Part shown: positions 25,048-39,372 of the stretch, one piece after another
How the letters are laid out: every line of letters starts with the position of its first letter
How positions within the stretch are numbered: position 1 is the first letter of the stretch
IMG/VR virus record: IMGVR_UViG_3300045988_089178
From: a virus
Direction: 5' to 3' (one strand)
DNA length: 64,000 nt
Position numbers and translations under genes: made by a program
Notes under the pieces: generated by a model
Databases searched by the model: none
What the model was told of the DNA's origin: nothing
What the model saw: the letters and a program-made list of their open reading frames with translations, nothing else

Positions 25048-28000
25048 ATGAATACTGCTTCTGAATCTATCTTTTAGACGATAGATATTCTAGTTGATAA
25101 AGCACTATCAAAATTAACTTATGATAAGACTATTTCAGCAGAGATTAGTAGTATTGTTAATCTTGATAGCGGAGAGTATAAAGTTAAATATTCTGGAAAT
25201 ATAGTTTCTGCTTTTGCGGATGATGTAAAAAAGCAGTATAAAGTAGGGGATACTGTATATGTTACTATTCCCCAGGATGATTTATCTGCAAGAAAAAGAA
25301 TTGTTTGTAAGACAAATGAACAATCATTATCATATGGAGAGATGCTGTCGCTTTCTAATTCAATAATAGAAAAAAGCCCAACATTTGATACAATGTATAA
25401 TTATGACAAAGATGCGGAAAGGGGCGTCGTAGCAGGCGCACCAGCAGATAGCGATTTAAGTTAGTAGATTATTTATAGTGGTAATGAAGAAGGATATCAT
25501 GGACTATTCCAATAGTATGCAAATAACAATGAGCTTATTAGAATAAAAGCCTCTTTCTTAACTACTTTCCATTGTGAACACACCAAAGGAAATTATGGTT
25601 TAGATATATAGTTCTTTACAAAAAGTGGAGATATAGTTTCTTATAAGCTTGATTTAAGTTCTTTTAATGGAGACCCCTATCGCTTTTAGGTCTACAGCCC
25701 GCAATCTGTGGTTATTAAGGCTCAAAAAAATTATTTAACTGGACTTAAATAGATTAAGTTATTTGAAGAAAATTTTGTCTATGATCGTTATGTGGAATCT
25801 GGTGTAGTTACAGATAAAGAGAATAGAACTGTACCTAACATTTTTGTAAAGGATATAGAGATTTAGTTTGTTGAACAGAAAGATTTAACAGATAATTTAT
25901 ATTATTTAGATATTTCGACCCCGCAAGGAAATTCATTTACCAACGAGATCTCTTCTCTTGATTTAGTTGGTCGATTAATTTATTAGGGCGATAATATAAT
26001 AGATGAACAAACTTGTAAATGTAAGTGGTTTGAGCGAGATGTAAGTGTTTTGTTAGGTAGCGATTCTTACGATAAAAATGGTGGTGTAGGATGGGCTCCC
26101 GTCACAGCGTCCGAGAGCAATACGATGACACTTAAAGCTGAGCAAGTGAAACATTAGAAGTAGTATAAATTAGTGGTTATATATAATGATAGCGTAACAT
26201 TGAGTGCGGAAGTAATGATATATAATTTAACAAGTAACTATGATTTTTAGCTTAAACAAACAACAGTAGGAGAAGATATCATCATTCAAGTTTAGAACAA
26301 TGCGGATAACACCGTTCTTATTGGAGATTGGTATATGCTTTATCCAGATGGAAGCTATACAGCAGTTGGATTATAGCAAAATTCCATCACAGTTACTAAT
26401 TTGTTATTGTACTCTTCTGTCACTTTTATTTGTGGAGTTTATAATAAAGAACATACCGAGATTATCTCTGTATTAGAACATCTTGTCACAAATAGCTCTT
26501 CTGAAGAAGATGTAACAATTACTTATAATGGAGAAGATACATTCAGATATGATGCAAATGGAGATATAGCTATTGAAGACGCTGAAAAAGAACGTACTCT
26601 TCAAGTTGTTTTAACTTGGAAAGATGGTGTAGGAACTTCTTATAAAGTAGAATGGATTGGTCCAGATGGAAAAGATATTACTAATTCAAGATATAATCCT
26701 AGCGAGTCTATGATTGAAAACCTCTGGGTTGACAATAGTAATATTTTACATTATACTATTAAGTAGAAGTATAAAGTTAATTTTAACAATAATACTATCT
26801 TAGTTCGTATAATTACTATGGATGAGCAAGAATATTCTTTCCGAAAAGAAATTCTGTTCTTAAAAGATGGTGATTAGGGTACGAACGGTACTACGTATGT
26901 AAGTGCTATTAGACCATTTGATCCTGACACTGGATTGAAACTATCTGGATTAACTCCATTAGTTTATAGAGATGAATCTTGGGTAAATGAATTACCTATA
27001 AGATGCTATGTATATAAAGATGGAGAATTAATCAATAATAATGGTAATTACACCCTATCTTATAAATGGACTGGTGTTAATATTGAATTGCGGGAAGGCG
27101 AGAATGATGACCGCAAAATAGCAAGTGGTACAACATAGTTGATCTCAAATCCCGCAGGTGGATATGTAAAAGTTTAGGTAACTATTAATGACAATAAGAA
27201 TAATAGAGCCTATGAAATTTACTGTAATTACCCTATTGATGTTGCTGTTAATTTTAGTGATGATGAATTAAATAATATTGATATTAGTTCTATTCCTTCT
27301 TATATTAAATATACTGCGTCTGGTGTTAATCCATCCTTTTATAGCAATAACATTGAATTTATTGTTAATAATTAGGATTATAGTCGCAATATTTCTTCTC
27401 TTGTAAAAGAAATTTTAACAGTTGAAGAAAAAGATAATCTTTATTATCTTGAACCTGTATCTAGTTTTATTTTTGAAGATAATAGTATTGCTTTATTAAA
27501 ATGTGAATACGAAGGAAAATATATCTACCATCCCGTTATTTTATATCTTGATACATATGGCAATGAGCTAATAAATGGATGGGATGGCACATAGCTACAA
27601 ATTGATGAAGAAAATGGTTAGTATATCTTAGCTCCATAGATTGGAGCAGGAGAGAAAGATAGTTTTAATCGTTTTACTGGTGTAGTTATGGGAAAAGATA
27701 GCGTTCAAGATAAAATAGGTTTATATGGTTATAAAGCTGGAGTTAATACTTTTGGTTTAATGGAAAATGGAACAGCGTTTTTTGGAGCTAAAAGTGGTGG
27801 AGGATAGATCATTATTGATGGAACTTCAGCGAAGATTTATGGTGGAGGGAATTCTTCAGAAGAGGGTGGGGATGCCTCTAATGGAATGACTATTACTCTT
27901 GCTGATCTTAAAGCAGATGGATCTACCGAAGCTATAAAGATTGGCGGAGGAGCTTTTACAGTAAAATATAATGGAACTGTAAAAGCCACCAATGCAGAAG

Positions 28001-28962
28001 TTTCAGGGACTATTTACGCCTCTTCTGGTAAAATTGGAGGAACGAAAACAGGATCTAATGGTTGGACTATTGAAACCAATAGACTATATAGCGGCTCTGG
28101 CTCAACGAGAGTTGAATTAAATAGCCAATCTCCAACCAATACTTCTACTCCTACTAATAATAATGATTTTGCTATTTGGGCAGGAAGTGCTACAGCATCA
28201 AGTGCTAAATTTTCTGTTTCTAAAGGCGGATTAATTACTGCTAAATAGGGAAATATTGGAGGTTGGATTCTTTCTTCTAATAAGTTAACTAGTGATAATT
28301 ATAGAACTGGAATAGCGAGCTCTGGTACTTATCGTTTTTGGGCAGGAGCTAGTTCTAGCAGTACGGCAGATAGACCAGTTTTCTCTGGATCTTCTTACTT
28401 TTATGTTACTAGCTCTGGAGAAATGTAGTGTAAAAATGCAACGATTAATGGTTCAATTTATGCAGATGACGGTGAGATTGGTGGCTGGATCATCAGTTCA
28501 AATAGAATTTCTGGAGGAAGAACTACACTATATTCAAATGGTAGAATTGTGTGTGATGATTTTGAATCAGACAATGTAGATATTAGCGGAGATATTAATG
28601 CAACTACTTTGACTTGTGATAATGGTGAGATTGGTGGCTGGATCATCAGTGAAAGCGGATTGGAAAATGGTGCCACAAGACTATATAATGGTTTAGTTTA
28701 GACGAATCAAGTAGATATATTTTTAGATAATCGTTGGAGAAATAAGCTGGGAACTTTAGGATATGTTGAAGGAGAAGATAATTATGGTCCTACTGAGAAT
28801 ATTGGTATTCTTACTGAACGAGGAGATCATAGTATTATTTTAAAATCTTCTAGAAACATAGCTCTACGAACAGAAGGTGGCGGAATATGGATAACTGGAG
28901 GAAGTCTAAATGTAAATGTTTCTAAAGAAAATTAGCACGGTATCTATGCCCAATTTGCGTAA
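25048..28962 (+). CDS. large distal tail protein (Tal-like minor structural protein / tail fibre), 1304 codons, many in-frame TAG
   Basis: SD AAAAAGGAGG plus ATG 25048. Track ORFs 26401-26766, 26935-27138 and 27886-28248 share its frame. Repeated GxIGGW(T/I)I motifs; stop TAA 28960-28962. Confidence 0.5.
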
Positions 28963-28976
28963 GGAGTTGATAGTAT

Positions 28977-29717
28977 ATGGGTTCTGTAACTTTACATTCT
29001 CCTTCTTACTCTAGTGTTGGATAGAGATATGCTTCAATAAGTTGTACTGCGGTAGGATGGGTGTATCCAAGTGATTCCGGAACGACCACTACTGGAGATA
29101 GTAAAAATGGTTCTAGAACTACTATTTCTTATAGCAATACAGTATGGAGTTGGAGCTTTAGCGATGGAGGCAGCTCTAGTTCAAAAGAACCAACTCATAA
29201 TTTTACTGGCTTAACCGCGGGAAGGGCAAACACAGTTAGAGGTACATTAAGTGCTAGATGTACGAAAACTACTACTGTAACTCGATGGTCTACCCATAGA
29301 GAAGAAGTAGGAAAAGACGAAAATGGGAATCCAATATATGAAGATGTAACAACAACTACTGGGCCAACTACGTCTAGGACAACAGTTAGTTTAGGATCTG
29401 CATCTGATAGTGTAACTGTATATACGCAACCAACTAGCTTTTCTTTTGGATGCAGTCCTGGAGATTATATAGCAGATTATGCTACAGCCAGCAAATGGAA
29501 TTAGTTAGCTGACTAGGTTGGTAAATATAAAAGTTGGAGAAACTAGTCAAATCAGTATTCTTCATACAATAATTTAAAAGTTTCTCGTGGTGATTGGATA
29601 ACTGCGAGTGTTTATAATTCTATGGCATCTGCTTGCGGGACTTCAAGAGTTACCGCAGATAAAACTTTGATTAGTGCAGCTTTATTTGAAGCTTTAGCAG
29701 ATGCGGTTTCACCATAA
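28977..29717 (+). CDS. hypothetical tail protein (Ser/Thr-rich), 4 in-frame TAG
   Basis: Track ORF 29061-29504 extended in frame; stop TAA 29715-29717. Confidence 0.4.
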
Positions 29718-29737
29718 GAGAAAAAGGAGTCTTAATT

Positions 29738-30070
29738 ATGAAAATGTTAAACAAGGATATTTTGGAAGCAGTTGAGAATTTAAATTCTACAATACAAGAT
29801 TGCTCACTTCTTCCCGCGAGTGTATCATATGCAGTAATAAGAAATTTTAAAATTCTTTCTCCTATTGCTGAGGATATTTATAACGAACGAAAAAAGATTA
29901 TTGAAAGATATGGAGAAAAAGTTGATGATATAACCTATTAGATTTCAGAGGAGAAAAGGGAAGCGGCTAATCAAGAATTAAATGCTTTATTGGCGGTTAA
30001 TACTAGCGTTCCATTAGCGACTTTTTCTATTGATATTTTATAGGGGTATGATATTCCTTTAAAAGTTATG
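29738..30070 (+). CDS. hypothetical protein, 2 in-frame TAG
   Basis: SD AAAAAGGAG plus ATG 29738; track ORF 29738-29941 continues to TGA 30068-30070. Confidence 0.4.
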
Positions 30071-30090
30071 AATACTCTATATTTTATGGT

Positions 30091-30135
30091 GGAGGCTGAC
30101 GAGGAGTAAAACTCGTCAGCCTCTTGGCCAATTAT
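30091..30135 (+). terminator. rho-independent terminator
   Basis: 12-bp stem GAGGCTGACGAG/CTCGTCAGCCTC, then T-containing tail. Confidence 0.6.
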
Positions 30136-30194
30136 ATTTATAAAAAATATAAGATTTTTTAAATATTTTAGATGAGAAAAAGGAGGCGTTAATT

Positions 30195-32984
30195 ATGCCA
30201 ATTAGTATTTATCCGCCTACTTTGTAGAGTACATAGCCAGCATTTCTTTCTAGCGTGAACGTATATTAGATAAATTTTACGCTATAGCCAATTACGTCTT
30301 TTAATGACATAGGTCATGTACAAGTGCGGCTAGTTCGTTAGTCTAATAATAAAAGTATTGTAAATACAGACCAATATCCAGATGGAACTATTTATAAAGC
30401 TCCTTCTGCGATAGGGTCTTTAGGAAATCAATATTTTGTATCAATTAATAGAAGCGAATTAGCCGAATCTTGGTAGCCAGGCTATTTATACAAAGTACAA
30501 ATGCGTTTTGGTATAAATCCAATGTATACTTCGTTATCAGAATTTGCCACTTGGAAACAATAGCAGATAGATGCGGGAGCCTTTTCTGAATGGTCTACTG
30601 TAATGATAATCAAGGCTATAGATACACCAATTATTAAAATAGAAAACGATGAAGCTAAACGAGAAGATGTTATATCTACTGAAAGAATAGAGGCAACTCT
30701 TACTCCTTTGTTTATAGGAAGCTTTAATATTAGCTCTGCTAGTAATGAATTATTGGATAGATATAAATTTGATTTGTATGAAGGAGCCTCTAAAGATCCT
30801 AATTATTTACTTGAAACATCTGGATGGTTATAGCACAATGGTTCTATTAATAATACCGATACTTATAGATTTAAAACCGTGTTAACCAATAATAAAAGCT
30901 ATACAGTAGTCTACTCTATTATTACTATCAATGAATATGAAGGAGAATCAGAGCCTTATAATTTTTCAGTTAATAGGACCTATTTGGGAGATTTAGAGAG
31001 AGTATCTATTAGAGTTGAAGATAATGATGTATATTGTCGAGAAAATGGTTGTATAAAAATATTTTGTACCGCTAAAAATGGACTTAGTGGTAGTTATGTA
31101 ATAACAAGAAGTTCTGAAAAAAGTAATTATTAGATATGGGAAGATTTAAAATATCTTAAATTTTCTAATCAAGTATTAAATGATTCAGTTATTCATGTTG
31201 ATTTTGCCATTGAAAGTGGTATAAGATATAAATATGCCATACAATAGGAAAATTCAGCAGGGTTGCGGACTTCTTAGGTATATGATACAAGTAACCAAGG
31301 TAGAAGTGTTGATTTCCAATATAGCTATATTTATAGGGATAATATATAGTTAAAGTTATCTCTTAATTAGACATTATCCAGCTTTAAACATACTACTTTA
31401 AGAAGTAAACAAGATACCTTAGGAAGTAAATATCCTCATTTGGTTTAGAATGGTAAGGCTTATTATGCAGAGTTTCCAATTTCTGGATTAATAAGTTTTT
31501 AGATGGATGAAGATTAGACATTTTTCTCTTTAAAAGATGATGGACTTTATTACAATAATGAATTAGTAATTCCCAAAGACAAATTTATTAAAAACAATGT
31601 AACCAGAGGAAAATGTCAAGAGAAGTAGGAAACTTATTCTGAAGTTTCTACAGATGAAAATAAATTATCTATCTCAACTAGTTTAACAAATGATAATATT
31701 TTTATTGAAAGAATATTTAGAGAAAAAGTGGAAGAATTTTTAAATGATTTTAATTATAAGCTCTTTAAATCTTCTACCGAAGGAAATATAATTATAGGCT
31801 TGCTGAATGTATCTTTGACTCCGAATAATACGGTCGGCCGCATGATTTACTCTTTTTCTGCTACTGCGTATGAAGTTTTAGAGAATACCATAGAAAATTT
31901 AAATGAAGTTAATATAATAAATATTGGTAAATTTGAAAGTTTGGCTAGCGAAGATAGAATAAATTCTTTCGGATAGTTAAGTGGAATTTATGGCAGAAAT
32001 ATAGATTTATATGCAAAGATAAGAGAGCAGGAAGAAGTTAGTATAGGCGGAGGATATAAACTTAATTTAATTCAAGTTACAGATATTTAGATTGAGCAAT
32101 ATCCAAAAATAGATTTGACTGCACGATTACTAGAATTAGAAGCTCTTAAATCTGAAGCCGCGGGAGATGACGAGGATACTTCTGAATATGATAGACAGAT
32201 TTAGGAATGTAAAGATTTGATTCTCGCTCTTGATGGCCCTGAATCCGCGACTATCGAAATTAATGTTAATGGTTCAAGAATTTTAGTTGCTCCAAATAGA
32301 GTTTATCATTTAAATGAAAATGTAAATTCTTTATCTTTGTCCGCATCTAGCGTTCCTATTATTGTAAATTATGTTTGCTAGTTGAATTAGGTTGAGGACG
32401 TTTCTGTTGGAGTCGTTTCTGCTATTGATGCTTCTCGCATTTGGGGATAGATTTCTGGAATTTTTACTGGTACAGATGGAGTTTTAAAATTCTATAATTA
32501 CGATTATAGAAACAGTGAAACTTATCGTATATTTAGTAATGTTCCACCAAATATGGAAAAGTTTTTAGTCAAGGATAAATAGGGAGATACTATTGTTGAT
32601 AATACAACCTTTAATCTATATAAAACCATTAATATTTACGAGATAATAAAAGAAGAGACATAGAAACAAGTTGAGCTTATATACAATACTCATTTTGAAT
32701 TAAATGATGATGGATAGTTGACAGATGGCGAGATTTATTATACTTTTAGTGATATTGTTTTACTTGACATTGAGGCAGATGAAGGAACTACCCTTTTAAT
32801 TAGTTCTAGTCCAGATGGAAGTGATCCGTCTATTATAAAGATTGGCTCAACTGGAAGGTATACTCTTAATCCATTAGATAATATGGTTAAATATATAGCT
32901 TTAGAAAGTGCTTAGTTTTGTGTAATAAATTATAAATGTTTAACAAATCAAATGCGCATGAAGGTGGAATAGTATTATGTTTGA
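30195..32984 (+). CDS. large baseplate/tail protein, 929 codons, many in-frame TAG
   Basis: SD AAAAAGGAGG plus ATG 30195. Track ORFs 30603-30833, 30879-31133, 31728-31976 and 32718-32915 are all in one frame; stop TGA 32982-32984. Confidence 0.45.
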
Positions 32985-34881
32985 TTATTTAAATGATATG
33001 GATTTCCTTATAGCTCTTGATAAATTAAATATTAAAACTCATTACGCAAAAATTATTTTACTTTCTTTTGATGAAAAACCTATTAGAGAAATATAGGGTA
33101 ACATAACTGCTGGTAGTTTAAGTGTTAATGGATCGTCCTCTGTTCGTAGAACAATTAACCTAACTATGTTGGCTAATGAGAATAATAGCGATATTGAAAA
33201 TATAGATAATGAGATTTCAATAAACAAGAAAGTTAAAGTTTTTGTTGGATATAATAATCCCTTAAAATCTTATGCAAATTATGGTGACATAATTTGGTTT
33301 CCTTGTGGATTATTTGTTTTATCTAACGCATCGGTAGCAAGATCCACTTCTGGATGGACAATCTCTATAAGTGGAAAAGATAAAATGTGTTTACTTGATG
33401 GAACCGCAGGAGGGACGTTTCCAGGCTCTATAACCTTTCATGAAAGTTATATATAGAAAAAAGATGGAGATATAGAAATTGTATATCCAACTATCTTTCA
33501 AATTATATATGAAGCAGTCAACCATTGGGGCGGAGAAGCTATAACAAATATTATTATTACTGACATAGAAGAAACTTGTAAGATGTTAGTTAAATATATA
33601 GGAGATAAACCCATATATTTTAGCAATAATTATGAAAGTATGGACTTTTCTCCAAGCGCTGATTTTCCTCATATGGTAAGTTATGGATAGGATGCTGGAT
33701 ATAGAGAAACTGAATTTACTTATCCGGGAGAATTAATTTTAGATGCTGGAGATACTGTAACTACTCTATTAGATAAAATAGTTGAAGTTCTTGGAAATTT
33801 TGAGTATTTTTATGATATAGATGGTCGCTTTATCTTTTAGGAGATAAAGAATTATCTTAATACTGGAAGTCCTTTAACAGAGTTATCTCCAGAAAATTAT
33901 GTAAAGAGCTATAATAATGCTAAGTTTTTATACTCTTTAACCGATCTTGATACTACTACAGCCATAACCCGCAGTCCAAAGTTTGATAATATAAAAAATG
34001 ATTTTTATGTTTGGGGAAAGAGAACCACTACATCTGGAATAGAAGTTGATATTAGGTATCATCTTGCTATTGATACCAAACCAATAATTGACTTAGCAGG
34101 ATATTATATGTGGGCTGTGAGTGATAAAGAGACGGGATTAATTATAAGATATGATTTTAATAATATATCTTCTGATTATTCAATATCAGGATATGAAGTA
34201 GAATTAGTTGGATCTCCGTGCGATGAGTGGAGAGAGGAATTATATCGTAGAGCATTAAACGCACAAGTAACAAATAGTGTATATGATAATTACTATGACT
34301 CTGAATTAATCGCCGAATGGCGCAATTTATATAATCCACTAAATGAGAAATGGGATGAATATAATCATTGGAATCCAGATGTATTTAATAATCCAGGAAA
34401 TTTAAACTATTGGCTAGATTTTATAGATACCGGTTCAGAAATTGGAAAATATTCAATAAATGAGATAGGTAGAAGGACTAAAGTAATTAATAGTTCTGAT
34501 ATAACTTCCGTATATAATATAGAAGCTCCTGATATTATATTTATTGAAGGATTAGACCAGGGTTTGATAGCAGAATATAGAGGAATTGGTTAGAGATTTT
34601 TTGTTCTTACTTCTGAGTATTATAATTTATTTTCAATAAGCTCCACAAATGCGAGTTGTTTTGATAAAATTAGAGAAATGTTGTATTAGAATTTAAATTA
34701 TAATACAACTATATCCATTACTTGTTTACCAAAATATTATATGGAACCAAATAATATTCTTTATGTTGAAGATAAAGACAGTGGACTTAGTGGAAATTAT
34801 TAGATAACTCAATTCACTTTACCTCTTTCATATAATGGAACTATGAGTATTACAGCCACGGAAGTATTAACAAGAGTATAA
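32977..34881 (+). CDS. baseplate/tail protein, 634 codons, about 7 in-frame TAG
   Basis: SD AAGGTGG; ATG overlaps upstream stop. Track ORFs 33166-33456 and 34108-34593 are in the same frame; stop TAA 34879-34881. Confidence 0.45.
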
Positions 34882-34897
34882 GGAGGAGTAGGAGATA

Positions 34898-35488
34898 ATG
34901 CCAACTGTTGGTCAAATATATTATAATGTAATAGATAACAACAGTGGTAGTTATGTTTCTAGTGGGTAGAATATATTCAGTGATATTGTTGTCCAAGTGG
35001 GGGCCTCTCAATTTAATAAAGTTGGAGTATAGGCTCCTGCTGGGACCAAGATAGTTATGAATGAATCAAAAACTATTATGGTTGGTAGAACTGGAATATA
35101 TGAACTAGATGATGACATAGCTATTACTAATATGTATTTTATTAGACCTAGAAAGTATGAAAAAGACGAAGAAGCATCTCAGTAGGCTATTGAACAAGGA
35201 ACTGCGGGAATGCAAGCCGCAGATAAAAAAAGGAGTGAAGATTTGGAGAGATTTTATAAAGAAAATCCAGATATGCCAGATCAAGATACCGATCCAGAAG
35301 GGTATAAGGCTTATTGGGACGCATATAATAATATTCAGACTGTTTATATAGAGGCTTATTAGACAGCATTAAGCTTATATAATCAGGGGGTAAATGGCAT
35401 TTATGTACTACCAAATCCTGATAATGTTGATGCTCCAGAAAATTATTAGGATTTATATAATGTCATTATTGACTTTATTTATGTATAA
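34898..35488 (+). CDS. hypothetical tail-associated protein, 5 in-frame TAG
   Basis: SD AGGAGGAGTAGGAG plus ATG 34898; stop TAA 35486-35488. Confidence 0.4.
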
Positions 35489-35502
35489 GGAGGTGTCAAA
35501 CT

Positions 35503-37413
35503 ATGGAGAGTTTCTATGGAGGACCTAAAGGTATAGATTTTGAAATTAAGCAAATCTTTACTAGTAAATATTAGATGGATAGAGATTTAACAAAGGGTTG
35601 GACATCTTCTATTTTCCCTGGAGATTTCGTTATTGTATCGTATGGTTTGCCAAGTGATGCAAATTATGATATTTATAAGAATGAAGATTTATAGAATTAT
35701 GGTAAAAGTTATAACTCTACCCTTTGGAAAAAAGTTTTTAATGATAAAGATGGAAGTGGGTCTGCGGGCGGCCTAAGCTATGAGATGCAGGCTTCCATGA
35801 CAGGAAATACACCAAGAATTAGCCTACATGATACGGAAGTTCTTGATGCCGATAAAGATCCAAATGTAGTTTGGGATAATACAGATTTAGATAGATTGTG
35901 GCTAACTTTTTAGTTACCTTAGAGTCAAAATATTCAATTAGGTGAAACAACCGTTCTAGATTGCAATAAAAATCCTAGTGTGAAATTAGATACAACAGAT
36001 ATAAATAATCCAAGTTTAAAATTATCTTTGCCACAATCACAAGTTATTGAAACGGCGCTAGTTGAATTATTAAATGTTGGAGAGGAACCTACAGTATCCT
36101 TAGAAACGTCTGGTTCTTATTCTATAAATAGACCGGCAATTAAATTCCAATTACCTGTATCTCAATCATTATAGGAAGGAACTACAACAGTTCTTGATTC
36201 TAATGAAACACCATATTTTGAGATAAATTTTGATGATATAAATAATCCAGTTATTAATTTCTTTTTACCTCAAAGCTAGGTAATGGGAAATCCAGAGACT
36301 ATTATTGTAGGTCCAGAGGAAAACCCATCAGTTTAGATAGATAATGCTAATATTAATTCTCCGGTATTAAAATTTAGTTTACCAGAATCTATTAAGTTTT
36401 ATTATGGTGAATTATTAGGAGAAAGAACTGCTGGAACTTATGAAGAAACGAATGAAGCTTTTGCAGATTATAATATTGGTGATTATTATATTAATGCACC
36501 GACCGGTTTTATTTACAAGGTAACAAAGAAGTCGGGTACAACTTGCACTTTCCAATATGTTGCTTGTATTTAGTCTCCATTACCTGAAATAGAAGTAACA
36601 AAATTAGACCCTTATACAAATGGTGGTAGCGGGTATGAACCAACTGCACCTACTGTAGTAAGAGAATTTACTAATACGGAAGAAACCGCTTGGAAACTTG
36701 TCTTTGGGCTTCCATCCGCGGTTAAATATGGAGTTTCTTTTGATTTTATAGGAATTGATGAAGAGGGATCTGTCTCTAGTAAGATTATTTCTTCTGATAC
36801 AGTAAATTTTGATTTCTAGATTCCAAGAGGATCTAAATTATTTGCTGGATTAGCTGTTTCTGATACATCTTTAAATGTTACTATTGATGGAGCTAAAACA
36901 GGAGATTTGTATTTAAATACTGATACAGGAGATATTTATTCATTAAGCTCTAATGGAACATGGGTTAAGAATAAAGGAAACTTAAAAGGTCCTGTTGGAG
37001 AAGCTCTTAAAATAGTTAAAAGTTACACTATTAACGAAACTGAAACAATTAAGGATTCTTTATAGAATGGCGTAAATTACATCGAAGAAAATTACGATGG
37101 AGAAATCAGCGCAGAGGATATTTTCTCTATTACTTGGGTTGAATATGAGACTAATTAGGAAACTTCTTATTGGTATTATAAAGCAGCCGATGGAGTATGG
37201 GGAAGAGTTCAACTAACCGGAGGTATTGCTAACCTTATTGATAATGATTATAATAATGAAGATGGTGGAGAGGTAACAAATAAAACTTATAGTGTTCATT
37301 ATATCAACACTTTAATCGGTGGAGCTATTACAAATAAAGATAGATAGACATATTCTGCCGAATAGATAGAAGAGTTGTTATCTTGGGGAAGTTTTAGTGA
37401 TTTAATACCTTAA
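35503..37413 (+). CDS. tail fibre protein with four internal N(N/S)P(S/V)xK(L/F)xLPxSQ repeats, about 15 in-frame TAG
   Basis: SD AAGGAGGTG plus ATG 35503; track ORF 35980-36174 is an in-frame fragment; stop TAA 37411-37413. Confidence 0.5.
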
Positions 37414-37446
37414 TTTATATTTAGAGAGTATAAAGGAGGGCCTAAA

Positions 37447-38229
37447 ATGGCTTTATTTAAGATTTTTCGAGGACCAGAAGATAATTTGAATAGTGTACCT
37501 CTTCATGAAGGATACGCTTATTTCACAGAAGATAAAGGAAATCTCTTTATTGATATTAGTAATGAAGAAGGTGGGCGTTTGCAGGTAAATGCCTATGCTG
37601 CTCAAGTTCTAAAGAATGATATTACTGAGATTGATATTGATGATATTTTTCTTAAAAATATGACTGCCACTGTAGCTCAGGGCGGAACTGGACATAATAG
37701 TCTAACTGTAAATGCTTTATTAATTGGTAATGGAACTAATGCGGTAAAGATGGTTGAAATTGCGGCCGGTTAGGTTGTTATCGGAAATAACGAGAATGGT
37801 GTAACAGGATTGCAAGGAACTGGCGCTTTATTTGCCGCTACAGCTGGCGCTCCGCAATTTGGAACGCTTCCAATTTCAGTTGGTGGAACTGGGGCAATTA
37901 ATGCAGCAGGGGCGAGAACTAATTTAGATGTGTATAGCAAATTGGAAACAGATAACTAGATTAGTGGAAGTACTACGGCAGCTTATCCAGCAACTCTTTC
38001 TGCATCAGGTTGGGTATTAAATGAAGATATGTATACATATACTTATTCCAATACTTCTTTAACTTGCGGAAAAGCAGGTAATGTGCCACCTATTATTAGT
38101 TATACTTCTAATCTTGAAGAGTATAGTAAAATTGATCACGCTGATGCATCAGTTGGGGTTGGAATTACCTTTTATACAAAAGAAAAACCAACAAATGATA
38201 TTGCTATTATTATCATTGATGTAAAATAA
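37447..38229 (+). CDS. tail fibre protein (conserved MALFKIFRG N-terminus; PISVGGTGAINAAGARTNLDVY motif), 2 in-frame TAG
   Basis: SD AAAGGAGGG plus ATG 37447; track ORFs 37447-37773 and 38029-38229 are in the same frame; stop TAA 38227-38229. Confidence 0.6.
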
Positions 38230-38277
38230 AAAAAATGGGGAGAACCTTGAAATTAAGGTTCTCCCCATTTTTTTTAT
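38226..38277. terminator. bidirectional rho-independent terminator between convergent + and - operons
   Basis: A-run, 12-bp stem ATGGGGAGAACC/GGTTCTCCCCAT, T-run. Overlaps TAA of the + gene (38227-38229) and TAA of the - gene (38274-38276). Confidence 0.75.
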
Positions 38278-38732
38278 TTCTCGCAAGGAGGTTTACTATA
38301 TAAATGATAATGCGGTTTTTCTTCTCCAAACCATTTCCATCTTAGGTAGTCGTCTAATACTATTGCCAAAAGGCTTAAAAAGAACCAGGCGATAGAGAAT
38401 GGTAAACAAATCTACCCCATAAAATTCAATGGAACGTGAGAATAATCCCAAATACCTAAGCCTAGTTTTACATTTAATACTAGACCAAAGATTAATTCTA
38501 AAGCAGTTATGATTAAAGAGCCTTTTACTCCTTGAGTAAGAATAGATTCTTCCCAAAGAACGTTCTCATTCATTAGTCCTATTAATAAAAAGCATAAGCC
38601 GCCCAATAAGAACATAGACCAATGACAAGTTCCAAAGCTGATAAAAGTTTTATAGAGGAACTCTATACCGTAATATAGAGTTCCTCCAACTGCAAATAGA
38701 ATTATATTTTTACTCACTGTCGGTATCTTCAT
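38274..38732 (-). CDS. multi-pass membrane protein (about 4 TM), 1 in-frame TAG at 38412-38414
   Basis: Track ORF 38412-38732 (MKIPTVSKNIILFAVGG...) continues through TAG to TAA 38274-38276; last gene of the DGR-containing - strand operon. Confidence 0.45.
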
Positions 38733-39372
38733 AGTTTAATTCAATAGCTTTTAATTTATCTATTGAATCAGCTTCGAATATCTAAGTTTTATATTCTTGC
38801 ATTAAATGATATTTGGGATATACCACATTTAAAATAGCTAAACTTAGAGCGGATAATTGCTCTAAACTCCATGGCACACATTCTTCGTGTCGAGCGTGCC
38901 ACTCAAGCGTAGGATTTTCTACTTCAGCCGCGAGAGCGACTTGATATTGATTGAGATTTAAGCTAATCTCAGACTGGTCCTCCTACGTAATTCCATATTC
39001 TTTTCCATCAACCCAAGTTAGTGGGTGGGTAGCAAGATACTCTGCGAATAGTTTCTTGTTTTCCTCTTGTTTGTCATACTTTGCCTAATCTAAATCAGAA
39101 GTGAATGTTCCATCTTCTTGATTATATATTGAATAATTAGGAGTAACATCTGATGGAATTGTTTCTATCTCTAATACTTTTACAGCATTAGATTGATTTA
39201 ATACATCGGCTTTAATTAGAGTATAATGTGTATCTCCATTTGAGCCGATAACCCCAGTTCCCTCTTCTTCCTCGCAGGCAACGACAATACCATTTGAGGA
39301 TTGCAGTTTAATGTAACGTGCTTCTGAAAGAATATCAACTACTACATTCTCTCTATTTAATAGAATATACAT
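38713..39372 (-). CDS. hypothetical protein, 3 in-frame TAG
   Basis: SD AAAGGAG plus ATG 39372 forming a TAATG overlap with the extended RT stop; track ORF 39085-39372 continues through TAG 39085-39087 to TAA 38713-38715. Confidence 0.4.

Noticed and set aside
30067-30108. 13-codon mini-ORF MNTLYFMVEADEE overlapping the stop of gene 29738-30070
   Set aside because: It is too short, has no RBS of its own, and lies inside the terminator hairpin.
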